Source: Bilabrum cf. latius (taxonomy: Eukaryota). Taken from it: a stretch of 64,000 bases of DNA. Location of the stretch: positions 558,001-622,000 of the forward strand of contig OZ237737.1 in the NCBI GenBank assembly GCA_965178125.1, in the 5' to 3' direction. The notes beneath the pieces were generated by a model. That model was not told the origin of the DNA, made no database searches, and saw nothing but the letters and a program-made list of their open reading frames with translations. Both the position numbers and the translations under genes were made by a program. Each line of letters starts with the position of its first letter. The first letter of the stretch is position 1. Positions 22,522 through 35,096 of the stretch are shown piece after piece.

Positions 22522-25500
22522 ATGGTGGAGAGTCAACGGGTTGTCAACGCCCTTGATTATGCTGTAGTAAGTTATACTCCAATATATTCCGTCAAGCTCT
22601 GCTGGATCACTCTCAATTTTTGTTATTTTGCTGTATATAATACTACTCTTCGCAGTCTCATGCAACAGCTATCCAATCCCTATTGCAAGCATCCTCGATA
22701 CAGCATGCACGAATTGCTGCTAAAGACATAAATGAGTTAGACATGCCTGCGCTTGGGTCAGTCTAGTACTTGTCTGCTGGTAGGGTCGCACACCCTGTGC
22801 CTCGTGTTGCGCGGCGTCGAGCCCGGGGCTTTCGGAGCTTCAGGATGCCGTTGAGCTCAAGAATTGCATTTGAATTACATAAGAGTAAGCGTGGGGGTGG
22901 CGGTGCTGAGAAGCACTGCAGAGCCAGAAGACGAGCCATGCGAAGTCTTCGAAGCGGCTTGCAGCAAGACATCGGTGCTTGGGCGCATTCGATACAGGAC
23001 TGGAGCAGCAAAATGGCAATTAACGGGCATACATGTCGGCGCGTGACGTGCACAGACGCGCCAATTGCCCGATTGCCAACCCATTTGCGGCTGAAGGGGA
23101 GGTTTCGCTTGCAGCAGCATCCGTCCGGCTGGCTGTTGCCAGCCAGTCGCACCAGCGACAAAACCGGAATCGCGCAGCAAGCCGTGCAACATAGAAGCAT
23201 CATCTCCGACAGCACGGCTTCAAGTATCCCACTTGCGATTGCGGGTCCCGCAAGGCACCTTCGCTGGCTGCTGCGGTCCACGCTGGAGCAGGAGGGGGCT
23301 GGCCCAGCCACCAGCAGCGCGAGGTCACGGCAGTGCCATCCTGCATCCAAGCAAGCCTCCAACTGCAAATTCATCCGGGCGTACGAATCCAGACTGTTTC
23401 AGCCTGGCTGCTTCCCAGCCGGCTCGGTTGGATCCGTCAGGGTCGTGTGGTGGCCCTTGCATTCCGCCGCCCGATCGACCGCAGAGCCAGAGAGACTCGT
23501 GCTTGTTCTGGTGCACCACTCAGCTGCCATACAGGCCATGCGATGCATGCGAGAGGCCATCCGGAGGATTCACGCGCACGAATCAGAGCGGGTCGCCAAG
23601 AGGCGGCATGCAGGAACAGGTGGCAAGGCCAGCTCGGAGCAACCCGATATGGAGGGGGAAACCGAATCGGCGCCCAGGGAACAAATTCCGGCGACCAAGC
23701 GGATAAAGATGTGGTGCGCAGCGGATCGATTAGGATGCATCGCTGTGGCTGGGCATGGAATCAAAGGGTCGCTGCATGGAGTGCTGGACCAGGAGCAGGC
23801 AGCAACGGCCATGAGATGTGCCGGGGCCCGCTAGGGTGGCCGACGCATTAGCACTTGTCTGCCTGTCACATCCCGAGATCCCAGGCTGGTGTCTCGCTGG
23901 CAGGGTGGTGGTACTTGGAACCGACCTATTCGATCCATGCGGGCAAACACGGACACGGACACTCAAGGTCAAGGCATTGTCACGCAGAGCAAGCTGGTTC
24001 GAATCCTTGGCATCGAGCGACTGGCCGGCGCCGTTGGTGTGCCCGTGTCCAACGCCAAGAAAGGCAAAGGCAAAGGCAGGAGGCTTCGAGGGAAGGGTGG
24101 GAAGGCAAAAAAAGCACAAGCACGCGCCGACAAATCAGGAGACTCAAACACCGAGAGTGATGCGAGAGACTCGAACAGGCCTAGTAGAGCATGGAAGGGC
24201 CGGTGGAGGTGGCGCGCGATGCAGCAATTCCGGCTGGCGCAACCGTCTCATGTCATACGAAAAAGGCGAGGTATAGCGGTAATGCGTGGCCGCAAGGCAA
24301 GTCTGGCCACCGAAGGCAGCAAGAGACCCACGGTGGCCCCAACTTCCTCGTCCACCTCCGGCGTGGTAGCAAGCAGCGGATCCGGATCCGTGGCACCTCG
24401 CCCTGCACCCACGGCCGCTAGGAAGACCACGAGTAGATCCAGGGCGGATCGAGCCGCAGATTTGCTCTATTGTATCCTCATGCCTGGGCCGCAGCCAAAT
24501 GCTTGTGCATCGTCCACAGAACCCAGTGATGTGCAACCGCGGACGCTGGAGCCATCGGTAACGTGTGCCGAGCAAGCTGCACTGGAGCGAATCTGGGCAT
24601 CGTAGCAGCTTCAGTCGGAGTCAGGGCATGCAGAAGGCGACAGGGCGGCGGCCAGTGGGTCCGGGGCGGCAGGAAGCACCCCAGCTAGCCTCCCAGCCAT
24701 GCCGGCCCTGGTGCTGCCGGCACCTCTGGGCACTGGAAAGCACGCCGTGCCTGGGGTACAAATCATCGTGCCGTTCGCCTGGACCGTGCCTCTTTTTGAC
24801 TCGCTCCGTAGAGTCGGTGCTGTGCACGTCTCTGAAGATGAGCTGGACGACGCTCGAGTTGCGCTGGACGGGGCATGCCTGCCTGCTGAAGACGTGGACG
24901 CGGCTTGTGGTGCTGGCTGGATGGACGCAACAATGCGACGTGCAGATTCATCGATTGCTTTGAGGCCCAACGGCAAGAAATCGCTGTCTAAGCGGGACTG
25001 GTCCGAGGGATCGGCGAGCGCCAGGTCCGCTGGTTTCGATGCGGATGTAGTCGCACTTGCTGGAGTCGGTGCAGGAGCAGCAGGTATCTCATCAGGACAG
25101 TCCGATGTGTCTGTGTGTACCGAATCCCTGCCGATGCTTGTGAGAGGATCATTCCGGCAAGATTTCTTCGTCCCCCCTGCGATGGATTCTGCTAGCAACG
25201 AGGCAGACGATGCAGTGGATGCTGGTGATAAGATGTACGAGCAAGGCAGTGGCGATGTCGGGGATGCCGATGCCGCCGCGGTTGTTGGAGCACCTGTCTC
25301 TGATGACATTTCTGCCTAGGACTGCACCTCAAGAAGCGTGACGGACCCAGTTGTGCTCGAGTGGCGCTCGCGGTAGGCGGAATCAGACTGCCCATGGCCA
25401 TGCAGGGTGCCCGTCATGCGGTGCAGGCTGCAGTTCCCATCTAGTGGTGTTGTGCCGAGCGGGTCTCTGCTCGTGACCGGCGTCGGGGCAAGACACGGCG

Positions 25501-25838
25501 TCAGCATTCAGAAGTGGGTCTCATTGAAAGGTGGCAGCAGACGGTCTGGTAGCGTCGAGCAGGCAAAAGAGCCACAGCAGGTCTGCGCCGGCCCTCGTGC
25601 TGATCTCGTTGCACTAGCCGTGGGATGGGGCCTCTGTCCCGTCGGGTGGGTCGTCCGGAGCTCGATGGCCAGGCACCTGGGTACGGCTGTCGGGACCGGC
25701 GTGGTGGATGCACTGTCCTTCCGAGCGCTTCTTGGGAGACAGCTGATAGATGTGTATGCCGGGCAGGAGATTCATGTGTGGGTGCTGGACCCTGCCTCGT
25801 TAGGCGCGAGACCGGCAGCTTTGCGCGTGCAAGTGTAA
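22522..25838 (+). CDS. POP1: RNase P/MRP subunit POP1
   Basis: Exon 1 22522-22566, intron 22567-22655 (GTAAGT...CGCAG), exon 2 to TAA 25836. POP1-like motifs RRRARGFRSFRMP and LPTHLRLKGRF..GWLLP; POPLD-like IIVPFAWTVPLF; C-terminal VGWVVRSS..G..G.G. Confidence 0.78.
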
Positions 25839-26058
25839 CCTTCGGGTGCCCGGTGGCACACTTCGGGGCATCGACACTACAATTGATTGCATAAACTATT
25901 CAGTACGAGAAATAATCACACCATCCAGATCCTAGACCAAGGCCACACAGCTCGCCAAGCGAGCAAATCCCGCGCGAAGGTCCCTTGTCCCAACCAAAAC
26001 GCCCGATCGAGACTGATACAGCGCCAAATTGGTGTAGCTACGATGGCCTAGACCACTT

Positions 26059-27078
26059 TCAAGTAGAGTGGTCAGCGATGCGCCAGTCTTGGAACCACGT
26101 GAAGTTGAGAGCCTCGCCACCGGAGGACGGAGCCGAGAACGGGAGCCACACATAGGACGCGTTGGGCAGGCCACCAGGCCCGCCATGGTTCCACCGATCG
26201 CCCATGTAGATGAGCAGCTCGTCCCCGTTCGGGTGCTTGTACGGCAGGACGTACGTGCTCTGCGAGTCGTAGGTGGTTGAGCTGCCCGAGGGGTTGCCGA
26301 GCGCCGTCCACGAGGCGCCCTCCAGAGTGTCGGTCTTGTCTGCTACTGACAGGACAGCTGGGTTCGCGCTCCAGCCGGTCAGGTGTGATCCGAGCAGGTA
26401 GTACTTGCCCTTCCACCGGAAAATCGCCTGCCCCTCCACCCTTGGTCCCTTGCTGGTGATGCCCGTCGTGTTCATGCAGTCGCTCGTGAGCTTGGAGATC
26501 CCGGCGAATTTGTTGTCCACGGATCGAACGAGGTAAGTGGGCTTGGCCGGGTCGCTCTCGTCCTGAAAGAGGCCCATGTCGAGGGAGCGCTGCCCGTCCG
26601 GTTGGTACGAGTGCGAGAACTGCCAAGGTCCCTCGATCGAGTCGCTGACGGCAACCCCAACGTGACCGATGGTAAAACCGGGCGTGTCAAGGTGCCAGTA
26701 CATCACGAATTTTTCGTTCCCGGCACACTTAACTATTTTCGGCCGCTCGATGCGCCAAGGTCCGCCGACGCCCGGAACCGTGATCGAAGTGTTTTTCAGG
26801 ATGTTGCCCACGAAGGACCAGTGCTACAGGTCTGTGCCCTTGTACAATGTGATATATTCGCTGAGAGCTGACCCACCCGGCGAATTCTTGATACTAGTGC
26901 CAACCATGTAGTAAAGTGGAGGAGACTGCTTGGTATCCACCCACATCCCTGCACCATGCGCATGCACAGGGTTGCCGGATGTGTCGTTCCAAATCACATA
27001 TGAAGAAATTGTAGCATCCTCTGGCGTACCAGCACGTACTGCAGTGGCAGCCAAGCAGGCAAGCAGGGCGGCAATCAT
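26059..27078 (-). CDS. Secreted glycoside hydrolase family 43 (exo-beta-1,3-galactanase-like)
   Basis: Signal peptide MIAALLACLAATAVRA. Motifs WNDTSGNPVHAHGAG, DL*HW, ERPKI, SLDMGLF, LTGWSAN, YDSQSTYVLP, YMGDRW, YVWLP; ends at TGA. Confidence 0.85.
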
Positions 27079-27226
27079 CCTTTCTGTGGATCTGTTGCAG
27101 TTGAGCACGTTCAGCGGCGCCGCGCAATACGCGGAACAACCTGGCAAGACCGGACTAGAGCGACAAGGGAAATAACATCCACACGTGGGTCAACTTGGGT
27201 CTCGATCAATCGCGTGCACAACACCA

Positions 27227-28198
27227 TCACTCCCCCTCCTCTCCCGATTCGAGCGAAACGTCCCTCACTGCCCTCTCGACTGCCTCCCTCGCGACCCTCG
27301 ACCTGTCGCTGGGCGGCGCAGGGAGGCCTTCCTCCTGCGCGCGCTCGCTCATCTGACGCACGGCGGCCTCTCGCGCCGCTTCTCCCTGCCTTCCGCCAGC
27401 CCGATCGGGCCGTTCGTCTCCTGCGGAAGACGATAGGCCGCGGCCGGGGGCCGGGACGCGCAGCAGCGAGGGCCTCGGCAGCTCTGAAGCTCGAAGGTCG
27501 GACCCATCTCCCGGCACAGAGGCATTGCTGCCTGCACTTCTACCATCTGCTGACTCGGAGGCTGTGCCGTTGCTACCATGCTCGTGATCGCTCGCAGGTG
27601 CGGCGGCATGCGCGGAGCCATTGCTGGGTTTTCCACCAGCAGCTTCTTGCGATTCTACACGCACTCTATCAGTATGGCCCTCAGCACTAGCCATGGCTTT
27701 CTAGTCATCCTGCGCCTTGCCAGCATCTACCAGCAACCTAAGCAGAGTTCTTGCTCGAGCCGGCACGTCAGTGGAGGGAGTTCGTGCTGTGATGCCATGC
27801 TTCTCCAGCAGCAATCCCAGTGGAGTAAGGCCATCTGAGTTTCTTATTGATGAATCTGCACCAGCTTCGAGCAGTCGCAAAACCGCCACAGAGCGCCCGC
27901 TGTCCACCGCTACGTGCAAAGGCGTTGCTCCTGAGGCATCTTTCGGATCCAATCGCGCGCCATGAGACACAAGTACTCGAATAATTGAGGCGTGTCCATA
28001 CTCGCTTGCAACATGAAGCGCAGTTCGCTTTCGGCTATCGGCGTGGTTCACCTTGGCGCCGGTCTCTATCGCGTCCAACGCAGCCGCAGGATCCCCTTGC
28101 TCTGCAGCTAATCTCAACGACCTTCCCTTGGAATCAGTATCCGTCGAAGGGGGTGCTACAAAGTCCCCAAGGTCGCCACCGAGCAGCCAGGAAAGCAT
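27227..28198 (-). CDS. Small ankyrin-repeat protein with low-complexity tail (~323 aa)
   Basis: About 3 ankyrin repeats (TALHVASEYGH, TPLHVAVDSG). Joined over TAG 27701 to ORF 27227-27694; ends at TGA. Confidence 0.75.
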
Positions 28199-28764
28199 GG
28201 TGCGATTCGAAGTGGTTGATGCGGCTGTATTCGACGCAGTGCTGCACTGGACTGCACTGAGGCACCCAGACGAAGCGCCCACCTGGATTACACTAGTTCA
28301 GTCGATGCGTCGTCGCACGGCACTTACTATTGCGCGCGCCCCAAGCCACGGCTCTCAGGCAGTGCCCCCACCACGACCACTGCCGACCGCCCTCTCACCC
28401 TCGCTCGCAGCCCCGCCCGGTGGAAGCGCGACGGTTTCCCCTCTCCAGTTCGGTTTCCTCCCCATCTTCCCCCAGCACCGAACCGAACCCAGCGCTGCCG
28501 CAGCCCGCACACATCTATCCCGGCAATCAGGCCACCATTACCTGTTTCCTTCTTGCATTGCCACAACCCGCTTCAGCCTCACTCCCACCCCCAGAGGACC
28601 GATCGCAGGCAGGCGGGCCCGTCCAGGCACAGACACTTGTCCAAGGCACTTCTAGTGCAAAAGAACTGCATTCAACTCCAGCTTGCACGCACGCAGCCTG
28701 AGGCCACTGTCTCGAGGATCGTGAGCAACGGCCAACTATGTTGAACACACACATGATACACTTC

Positions 28765-31719
28765 TCACTGCTCAAATTTCAGCCATTCAAGCACTTGCTC
28801 CAGCTTATCTTTGTACTCGAGATGCCCCGACACCACGGGTGTAACGTCCACACTCTCGATGCCGTCATGCCACTCCACTACAGGATCCGGGAGAGGCTCC
28901 GGCGTCCCTGCGTCGGACTCAGCTGCAGTTGCCGCTGAGCCGATCCCCGCGGCTTGCTTCTCCCTCTCTATCGCGGCCTTGGCCACTTCGATCTCCTCCT
29001 CGCTTGGCTCGTCATCGCCACCGCCACTGGTACTGGCACCTCCCTCCGGGTCACCATCTGCCATGCCCTCACCCTCGTCTCCAACGGCATCCCCTTGAGC
29101 GCCAGCCTCGCCATCCACTGCGCTGTCTCCACTCCCCCCATCCACTGCCCCCTATCCCCCCTTTGGCGATCGCTGCACCTAGGCTCCGATTGGCCCAAGA
29201 CCGGCCACCCCCCAGCTGAAGGTGTTGGCCCTGTACACGAACCGAAGCACAAAGTCGGTGGTGCAATACCCGTTCACCAGGCGACCCGCCACCACGGACC
29301 GCGCCTGCTTCCACTCCCCCGGGTCACCACCCGCGGGACACCCGAGCAGGATTGCGTCTTGTACCACCTCGTCCACGTCCAGGGGCTCCTTCGCCTTGTC
29401 CTCCACACTCTTCTCCTCCTCGCCCTTCCCAGGCCTCCCACCGGCAGCGGCAGCAGACGCCCATTCTTGTTCCCTGGCCGCCTACCTCTCGTCCCTGATG
29501 CGAGCCAGTTCGAGGAGGCACCGGAGCACCACCCTGGCACCTAGTGAGAACCCGCACAGAGTCACCGGTCGTCTCCCGTGCCTCCCCTCTGCCAGCACAC
29601 TCGCCAGCGCGATGCCGGCCTTCTCAGCCCTGTCCACGCCCATCTGCCACGGGGAGTCAATGAACGACAGGAGGCCGGCCACCCTGGAGGGCCACGTGAA
29701 GGCACCGAAGAGCGTGTTCATCACCGTGAACTTGATGACCTGGGATACGGCCTGGTCGGCAAGGAACTTGGTCACGAAGTCCCGCATGTGCGTGCCCAAC
29801 TGCTCCAGCACCTCTGGGGCCCACACCAGCGTGTACGTCTCCCCGTATGGCACCATTCTGCGGAACCACCCTGGCTTGGCAGCAGTGTCCATCGAGGCCT
29901 CGGTCGCTGGCAACAAAGTGACTTCTTCCTGCGCTGAACCAGCTCCGGCACCAGCACCTGCGCCAGCGCCAGCGTCAGCACCTCCCAAAGTGTTGCCTGC
30001 GCCTGCCCCAGAGCTTGGTCCAGTTGTGGCTGGTGCGGCTGGATGGCCGCCGCTACTTGCACTGCTGCTGCTAGCGGTAGCATGAGACTCTCCAACGCTT
30101 GCGCCAGCCGCAGTAGGGGCAGCGGTTGCCTTCTTGCCGTCCGGAGCCTTGCCTCCTGCAGCTTTGTCCACGGCTTCGCTGTCCTTGCTTCCCGCTTCAT
30201 CCACAGCTTTTGCCGCGTCTTTCAGTCCGAACTCATCCTGCAGCAGCTGCCCGATCGGCTTGCTAGTCTCGAAACGGTTCTGCACCCCGCCCCACACGTC
30301 GTGGAAATCGACGGTGCTGCGCTCCCCGGCGAGCACCCCGCTGATCAGCACAAACACGTGCAGCCCTCCCGCACTGCCGTCCTCGCCGTCCTCCCCGTCA
30401 CCGCTCTTGCCGGAGGCCTTGCCCGATGCCCCGCCACCGGCCGCGCCCTTGGCAGCCTCGATTGCCTCCTTGGCGGCTTGCTCTGCGGCCACCCGTTCGT
30501 CCCGCGCTTCTGCCGCGGCCTTTTCGTCTGCGGTGGGTGCTTTCTTCTTTTTATTCTCCTCCTCCTGTGATCCCTAGCCCCCACCGAAGGGCCACATCCT
30601 GGAGAGCAGCCCAGGACCCGCCGTTCTCCTCTTCTCCTCTTGTTCCCTCTCCTTGGCGGCCTGTTCCCTGAGCTTCTTCAGCACCTCCACGCGGCGCTTC
30701 TCCCCCTCCACGCCCGCCAAGAGGGCCCAGGGCTCTGCAGAGAGGCGGTCAAACTTGAACACGGACAGTCCCGCGGTCCTCCTCTCCATGCGGAAGGCAC
30801 CCAGGCCCAGCCCCGAGGCGCCGATGACGCCAACCAGCACGGCATACCCAGCAGTCGTTGCCATCCAGGCACCCACCGCTGCTGCTGCTGTTCCCGCAGA
30901 GCCCCCCACGACCGCCAGGCCGCCTATCCCTGCCGCGATGACGGGGGCAGCGAGGCCCCCCGTGAGGACAAGGAGGCCGGCCCCCACCACGCCAGCCGCG
31001 ATAATCAGCGGGATTCTCCACCTCGACACGCCCGACTGGGAGTCCTTCTTGCTCGCTTTCACCCTGAGTCCAAGGTTCACGATGAAGGCGTCTTCGGCGA
31101 GGCCGACGAGCTTCCACGGTACGTCGCACATGCGCGCCATCGTGCGGAGAGCTTCGCGGGATCTTGCGTTATAGCGCTGTTCCTGGATGAGATACACCAT
31201 GATGGCAACAATTGCCCTCCATCGTAACTCCCGAGATCCTAGTTCGCTCGAAAAAGGGCAGTCTGGCAGCGCAGTAAGGGCAGACGAATCGGCGGAATCC
31301 TCGGCTTTCGCTGTCAGCTCTGGGTCTCCTTCGGCCTTTGCCTTGCCGCCCGATTCGAGATACTTATCAACCCTATATTTCAAAGCATCTGGCATCCTCC
31401 AACCATCACAGTGGTACATGGGAGGCGGACCAAGAAGGGCTCTTGCTACCTCAAGCTGCTCCTCCGGAAGTGACAGGGCATTCTGGATAATATCTGGCAG
31501 CGCAACGTCTCTCGCCCAACCATGAAGCTATGTTGTACTCAATTCTTTCATTGACATCGCAAGCGCACCGCCCAATGCACGTCGGTGGCGAAGCTCTACT
31601 TCTTTCAGGTCGGTGAGCGAAAGTTCTAGCTAGGCCATGGAGGCCAGCAGGGATGCACCAACCCTGAGATGCCCAGATACATTCGATTCGATCTATTTCT
31701 ACCGATCCTTACGGTCCAT
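28765..31719 (-). CDS. DUF726/TMCO4-like alpha/beta-hydrolase membrane protein
   Basis: Motifs LTGGLAAP, RPVTLCGFSLGARV, VVAGRLVNGY..DFVLRFVYRA, VAGLGPI, SGHLEY lie across four co-framed ORFs joined by TAG. Start is 31719 or 31638; ends at TGA. Confidence 0.85.
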
Positions 31720-31836
31720 GATTTACAGTATGCGTTTGGATCTGACCTGGAATCGGTTTTCTGTTCAGTACGCATCGGCTGTTCCGAGTTGAAAGGGAAC
31801 GTTCGTCGAGCGCCCACCTTGAGACCCTCTCGCTTC

Positions 31837-34354
31837 TCAGACGTCGACCCAGGGTCCCCAGTGCCCGTTGTACTTCGACAGGGCGGCCTCACACGCGCCC
31901 GGGTCCTCTTTCCCGCGGTTGGGCGCGAACACCGTGCTGTTGTGCTTCTTCAGCACATCCATCATGCTCGCCCGCACCTAGGGCAGCTGCTCCGCCAGGT
32001 TGACATGCTCGGTCGGGTCGCTGCTCAGCTCGAACAGGCAGCCGTCCAGCCCGCAATGCTCGTAGATGTCATCGAACTTCTCCTCCTTCGAAGTGGTCGC
32101 GTTGGGGAACTGGGGGCCCGACCACGTGGCCATGGGGATGTCGTACATGAGCAGCTTGTACTTCTTGCCCTGCTCCAGGTCCGTCTTGATGACTCCCTTG
32201 ACGATCGTGTGCCAGTCCGAGTCCCACTCGTCGTGATACTTCCCGGTGGACCCCATCGGCAGCTCCGATCGGGGTGAGGCATCCGCAGTCCCGGCGATGT
32301 AGTCGAGCATGGACACGGAGTCGATGGGGGGCAGGCCGGCCTTGGCGGCTCGATGGTCCGTCGGGTCTACTCCCGCGAGCTCGCTGAACGTGGACCACGT
32401 GTCCCACACGGCCATGAGTCCGTCCAGCTTCGTCCCGCGCTTGGAGGCGGGAATAACCCCGCCGCTCACAAAGGCCGGGACCTGGGTGCCTCCTGCAGTG
32501 AGAGAGCAATGAGCAAGTGACTGGCTTACCAATGCATGCACATGCCTGGTACTGGGACACTGCGTCAATGATGCTAGGTCACTCCACTCGTGCGCAAGCT
32601 GCACCCACTGATCTCTTCTTGCGATGCTCACCTTGCCAGTTGGACGCCTTGCCGCCCCTCAGGGGCCAGTTGTTGCCCCCCCCGGTGCCCTGCTTGTACT
32701 CCGGGCCTCCGTTGTCGCTGCTCATCTGCGTTCGTGTGGAGAAATGCTTAGTTAGGTCGATACAACTGGAGGTGTGAATGCTAAGGGGCCGCTACCACGG
32801 GTGTTCAGCAGGAGGTAAGCAAAAGGGTGCCCGCGCACAGTGGAGCAATACGGCGCTAGGAAGCGAAAGAGCAGGGCATGTGCTGCACGAGCGGAGACAT
32901 CGGGGCCGGGTTGGTCACTCACCCACATGAACGTGTCCTCCCACATCCCCTTGGCCTTGAGCGCACCCACGACGGCACCGATAGCGTCATCGATGTAGGC
33001 CACCATGGCATGGTAGGTCCTCCTGAGCGGGTCATCGATCATTGCGAACTTGTCGTGCCAGACCTTGGGCACCTCGAGCGGGGAGTGCACCATGTGGGGG
33101 GCGTAGTAGATGAACAGGGGCTGCTCCGGGTTGTGGTTCATGATCGCGTTCACGATGTGGTCCTTGAAGCGGAGGTCCATGTAGATGCAGCCGGACTCGT
33201 TCTTGGGGAACGGTGCTACAATGTTCTCAGGGTCGGTCATGTTCTGGACCCAGCAGTGGGAAGGGTTCTGCCACGCTCGCGGGGCGGGTCTCCACCCCTC
33301 GCTGGCACCGCCTGTGGGCGAGCTGGGACCCACCTCGGAGGAGTTGTCGCTGAAGCCGTTCCCGCCCATGTCAAGCATCCAGGTGCCGTGGCAGTTGCCC
33401 ACCTGGCCTGCGCGCCATGCGTCCGTCATGTGGTTGAAGCTGCGAGCGAAACAGAGGCAAGTGGTAACTAGATTAATCAACCCGAACAATCGGGGCAATG
33501 CGCACAATGTTCTCTGGGCGCTCCTGCAGGTGCTGGAGCGGCCAGAGGGGTGGCGCGCCTCAGGCTGACTCCGAGTCAGCCCCCCGATCGAGCGAGCGAC
33601 AGCCTCTCTCACTATCCGAGCCACGAGTCGAAGCCGCGGCCTTCCGGGGTGTGGTCCACGGTTGCCATCCCGGCGTCCCACTTGCCCGCACCCACCGTCG
33701 CGTACGAGGCCTCCTTCATCTTCGCGGCCAGGCCGGTCATGTTGCGCGGGACGCCTTGGAACCCGCTGACGGGATCCTCGGGGTTCCTGAACCAGGTCGC
33801 GATGTTCTGCACGTTCACGTGGATGGGATTGCGCCCGGAAATGATTGCAGACCTTGTGGGGGAGCACAGCTTGAACGCGTGCTGGAAGTCAAGCTAGATG
33901 CCTTCATCGACGAGGGCTTGCATATTCGGCGTAGAGACCTCAGCGTACCCTGGAGGTCGATTCCAACTGACCTCTGCCCATCCCAGGCTGCAACGTGGTA
34001 TGAAAAAGCTCAAAAAGGGCGGGTCACTGCATTGTTTAGAACTTTTTGTGCTGCGAATCTACCGTGGTACCATGAAAACTCTTAAGCACAACGGTTCGAT
34101 TGCGCCCGTACTGCACGGCCAAGCGGTATTTCTTACTCGTCCACCAGAAGCATGAAGATGCTGCGATTATTTGATTCAGGGGTTTGCCTGGACTGCACTC
34201 AAAGTGTAGTATGTGGGACGCACCAATGCTGATTCCGACGCTTTACGACTCACTGTGGTTTGCTGCCTGACAGGCTTGATTTACCTTTGGCCCAATGCAC
34301 TGCCCCCAAGAAGCACAAAGCCGATAGTAAATTTGGCACAAATGTTGTTCTCAT
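31837..34354 (-). CDS. Arylsulfatase (ARSB/I/J-like), 6 exons
   Basis: Exons 34354-34254, 34160-34137, 33987-33613, 33439-32923, 32725-32632, 32492-31837. Signal peptide, KPHIFMLLVDDLGW, CSPTRS (FGly motif), GKWDAG, HSPLEVP, SSDNGG, DPTEHVNLA. Confidence 0.88.
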
Positions 34355-34666
34355 GTTGAACCAAGGCTTGTGAGAGTGCAATGCGACTAGAACTGGTCAG
34401 AACATGAAAATCTGATTTTCGAATTTGCACCCATTGTAAGGCGCAAATCCAATTTCGGGCAGCCGGCGACCTGCCGTTGGGGCTCTTGAGGGCCTAAAAT
34501 TGCGTGTATCTACCAAACTTCCCACTTTTATTAGCTGGATGACTGCCTGGTCTAGTTGAGTAGTTGGGGCCGCTGTGCTCTAGAGAGAAGGTGGTGCTCT
34601 GCCGTCTGTTCGATCGCCAGGGTGGTCAAGATGCCTGTGAAGGGCCCGGATCAACTACAGAATACG

Positions 34667-34785
34667 AAATGATTCGCTAGCTACCGCACTTTCATACGCA
34701 AGGCCAACGGCCTGCCAAACAGCACGTCATAGCATCAGTCGAGCGCCCCCGTGGACACGAAGTCATCCACTGCCAGCGCGGCTTC
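34667..34785. repeat. Degenerate direct-repeat copy of 43125-43243 (orphan 3' end of the 43193-44839 gene)
   Basis: Ungapped alignment at offset 8458, about 92/119 identical by hand count. The minus strand of both copies encodes DDFVSTGALD*. Confidence 0.85.
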
Positions 34786-35096
34786 ATGCATGACAACACT
34801 AGGAGGAGAACGCTCCCACTCGGTGCAGGCTTGAATGCATGTAATCAACACATTTAGCCGCGCCACCACTTGGTGTACAGAGTTGTGCTCTGCACTCTGG
34901 GCATGCAGTGCTCCGATTGTTTCATAGATCATCATGCCTCACGCTTGCACCGCAGACGGATTCGATCTCGCACAAGGCGCTGTGCGGTGATTTAAGAGTC
35001 GCTATAGATTTGAAAAATCTACTCGACGGAGCAAAATTTACTAACTATTTGATTGACCCGGTCGTCAACCTCTAGACGTTGCCATCGAAGTAATGA

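Noticed and set aside
26059-34354. GH43 + sulfatase as a sulfated-galactan utilisation cluster
   Set aside because: They are separated by two unrelated genes, with no sequence evidence of co-regulation.
34790-35096. Upstream extension of the RCC1-repeat gene through TAA codons (34842, 35091) as evidence for TAA=Gln
   Set aside because: TAA 35091 is immediately followed by TGA and the region has no recognisable motif. It is more likely non-coding, intronic or decayed sequence.
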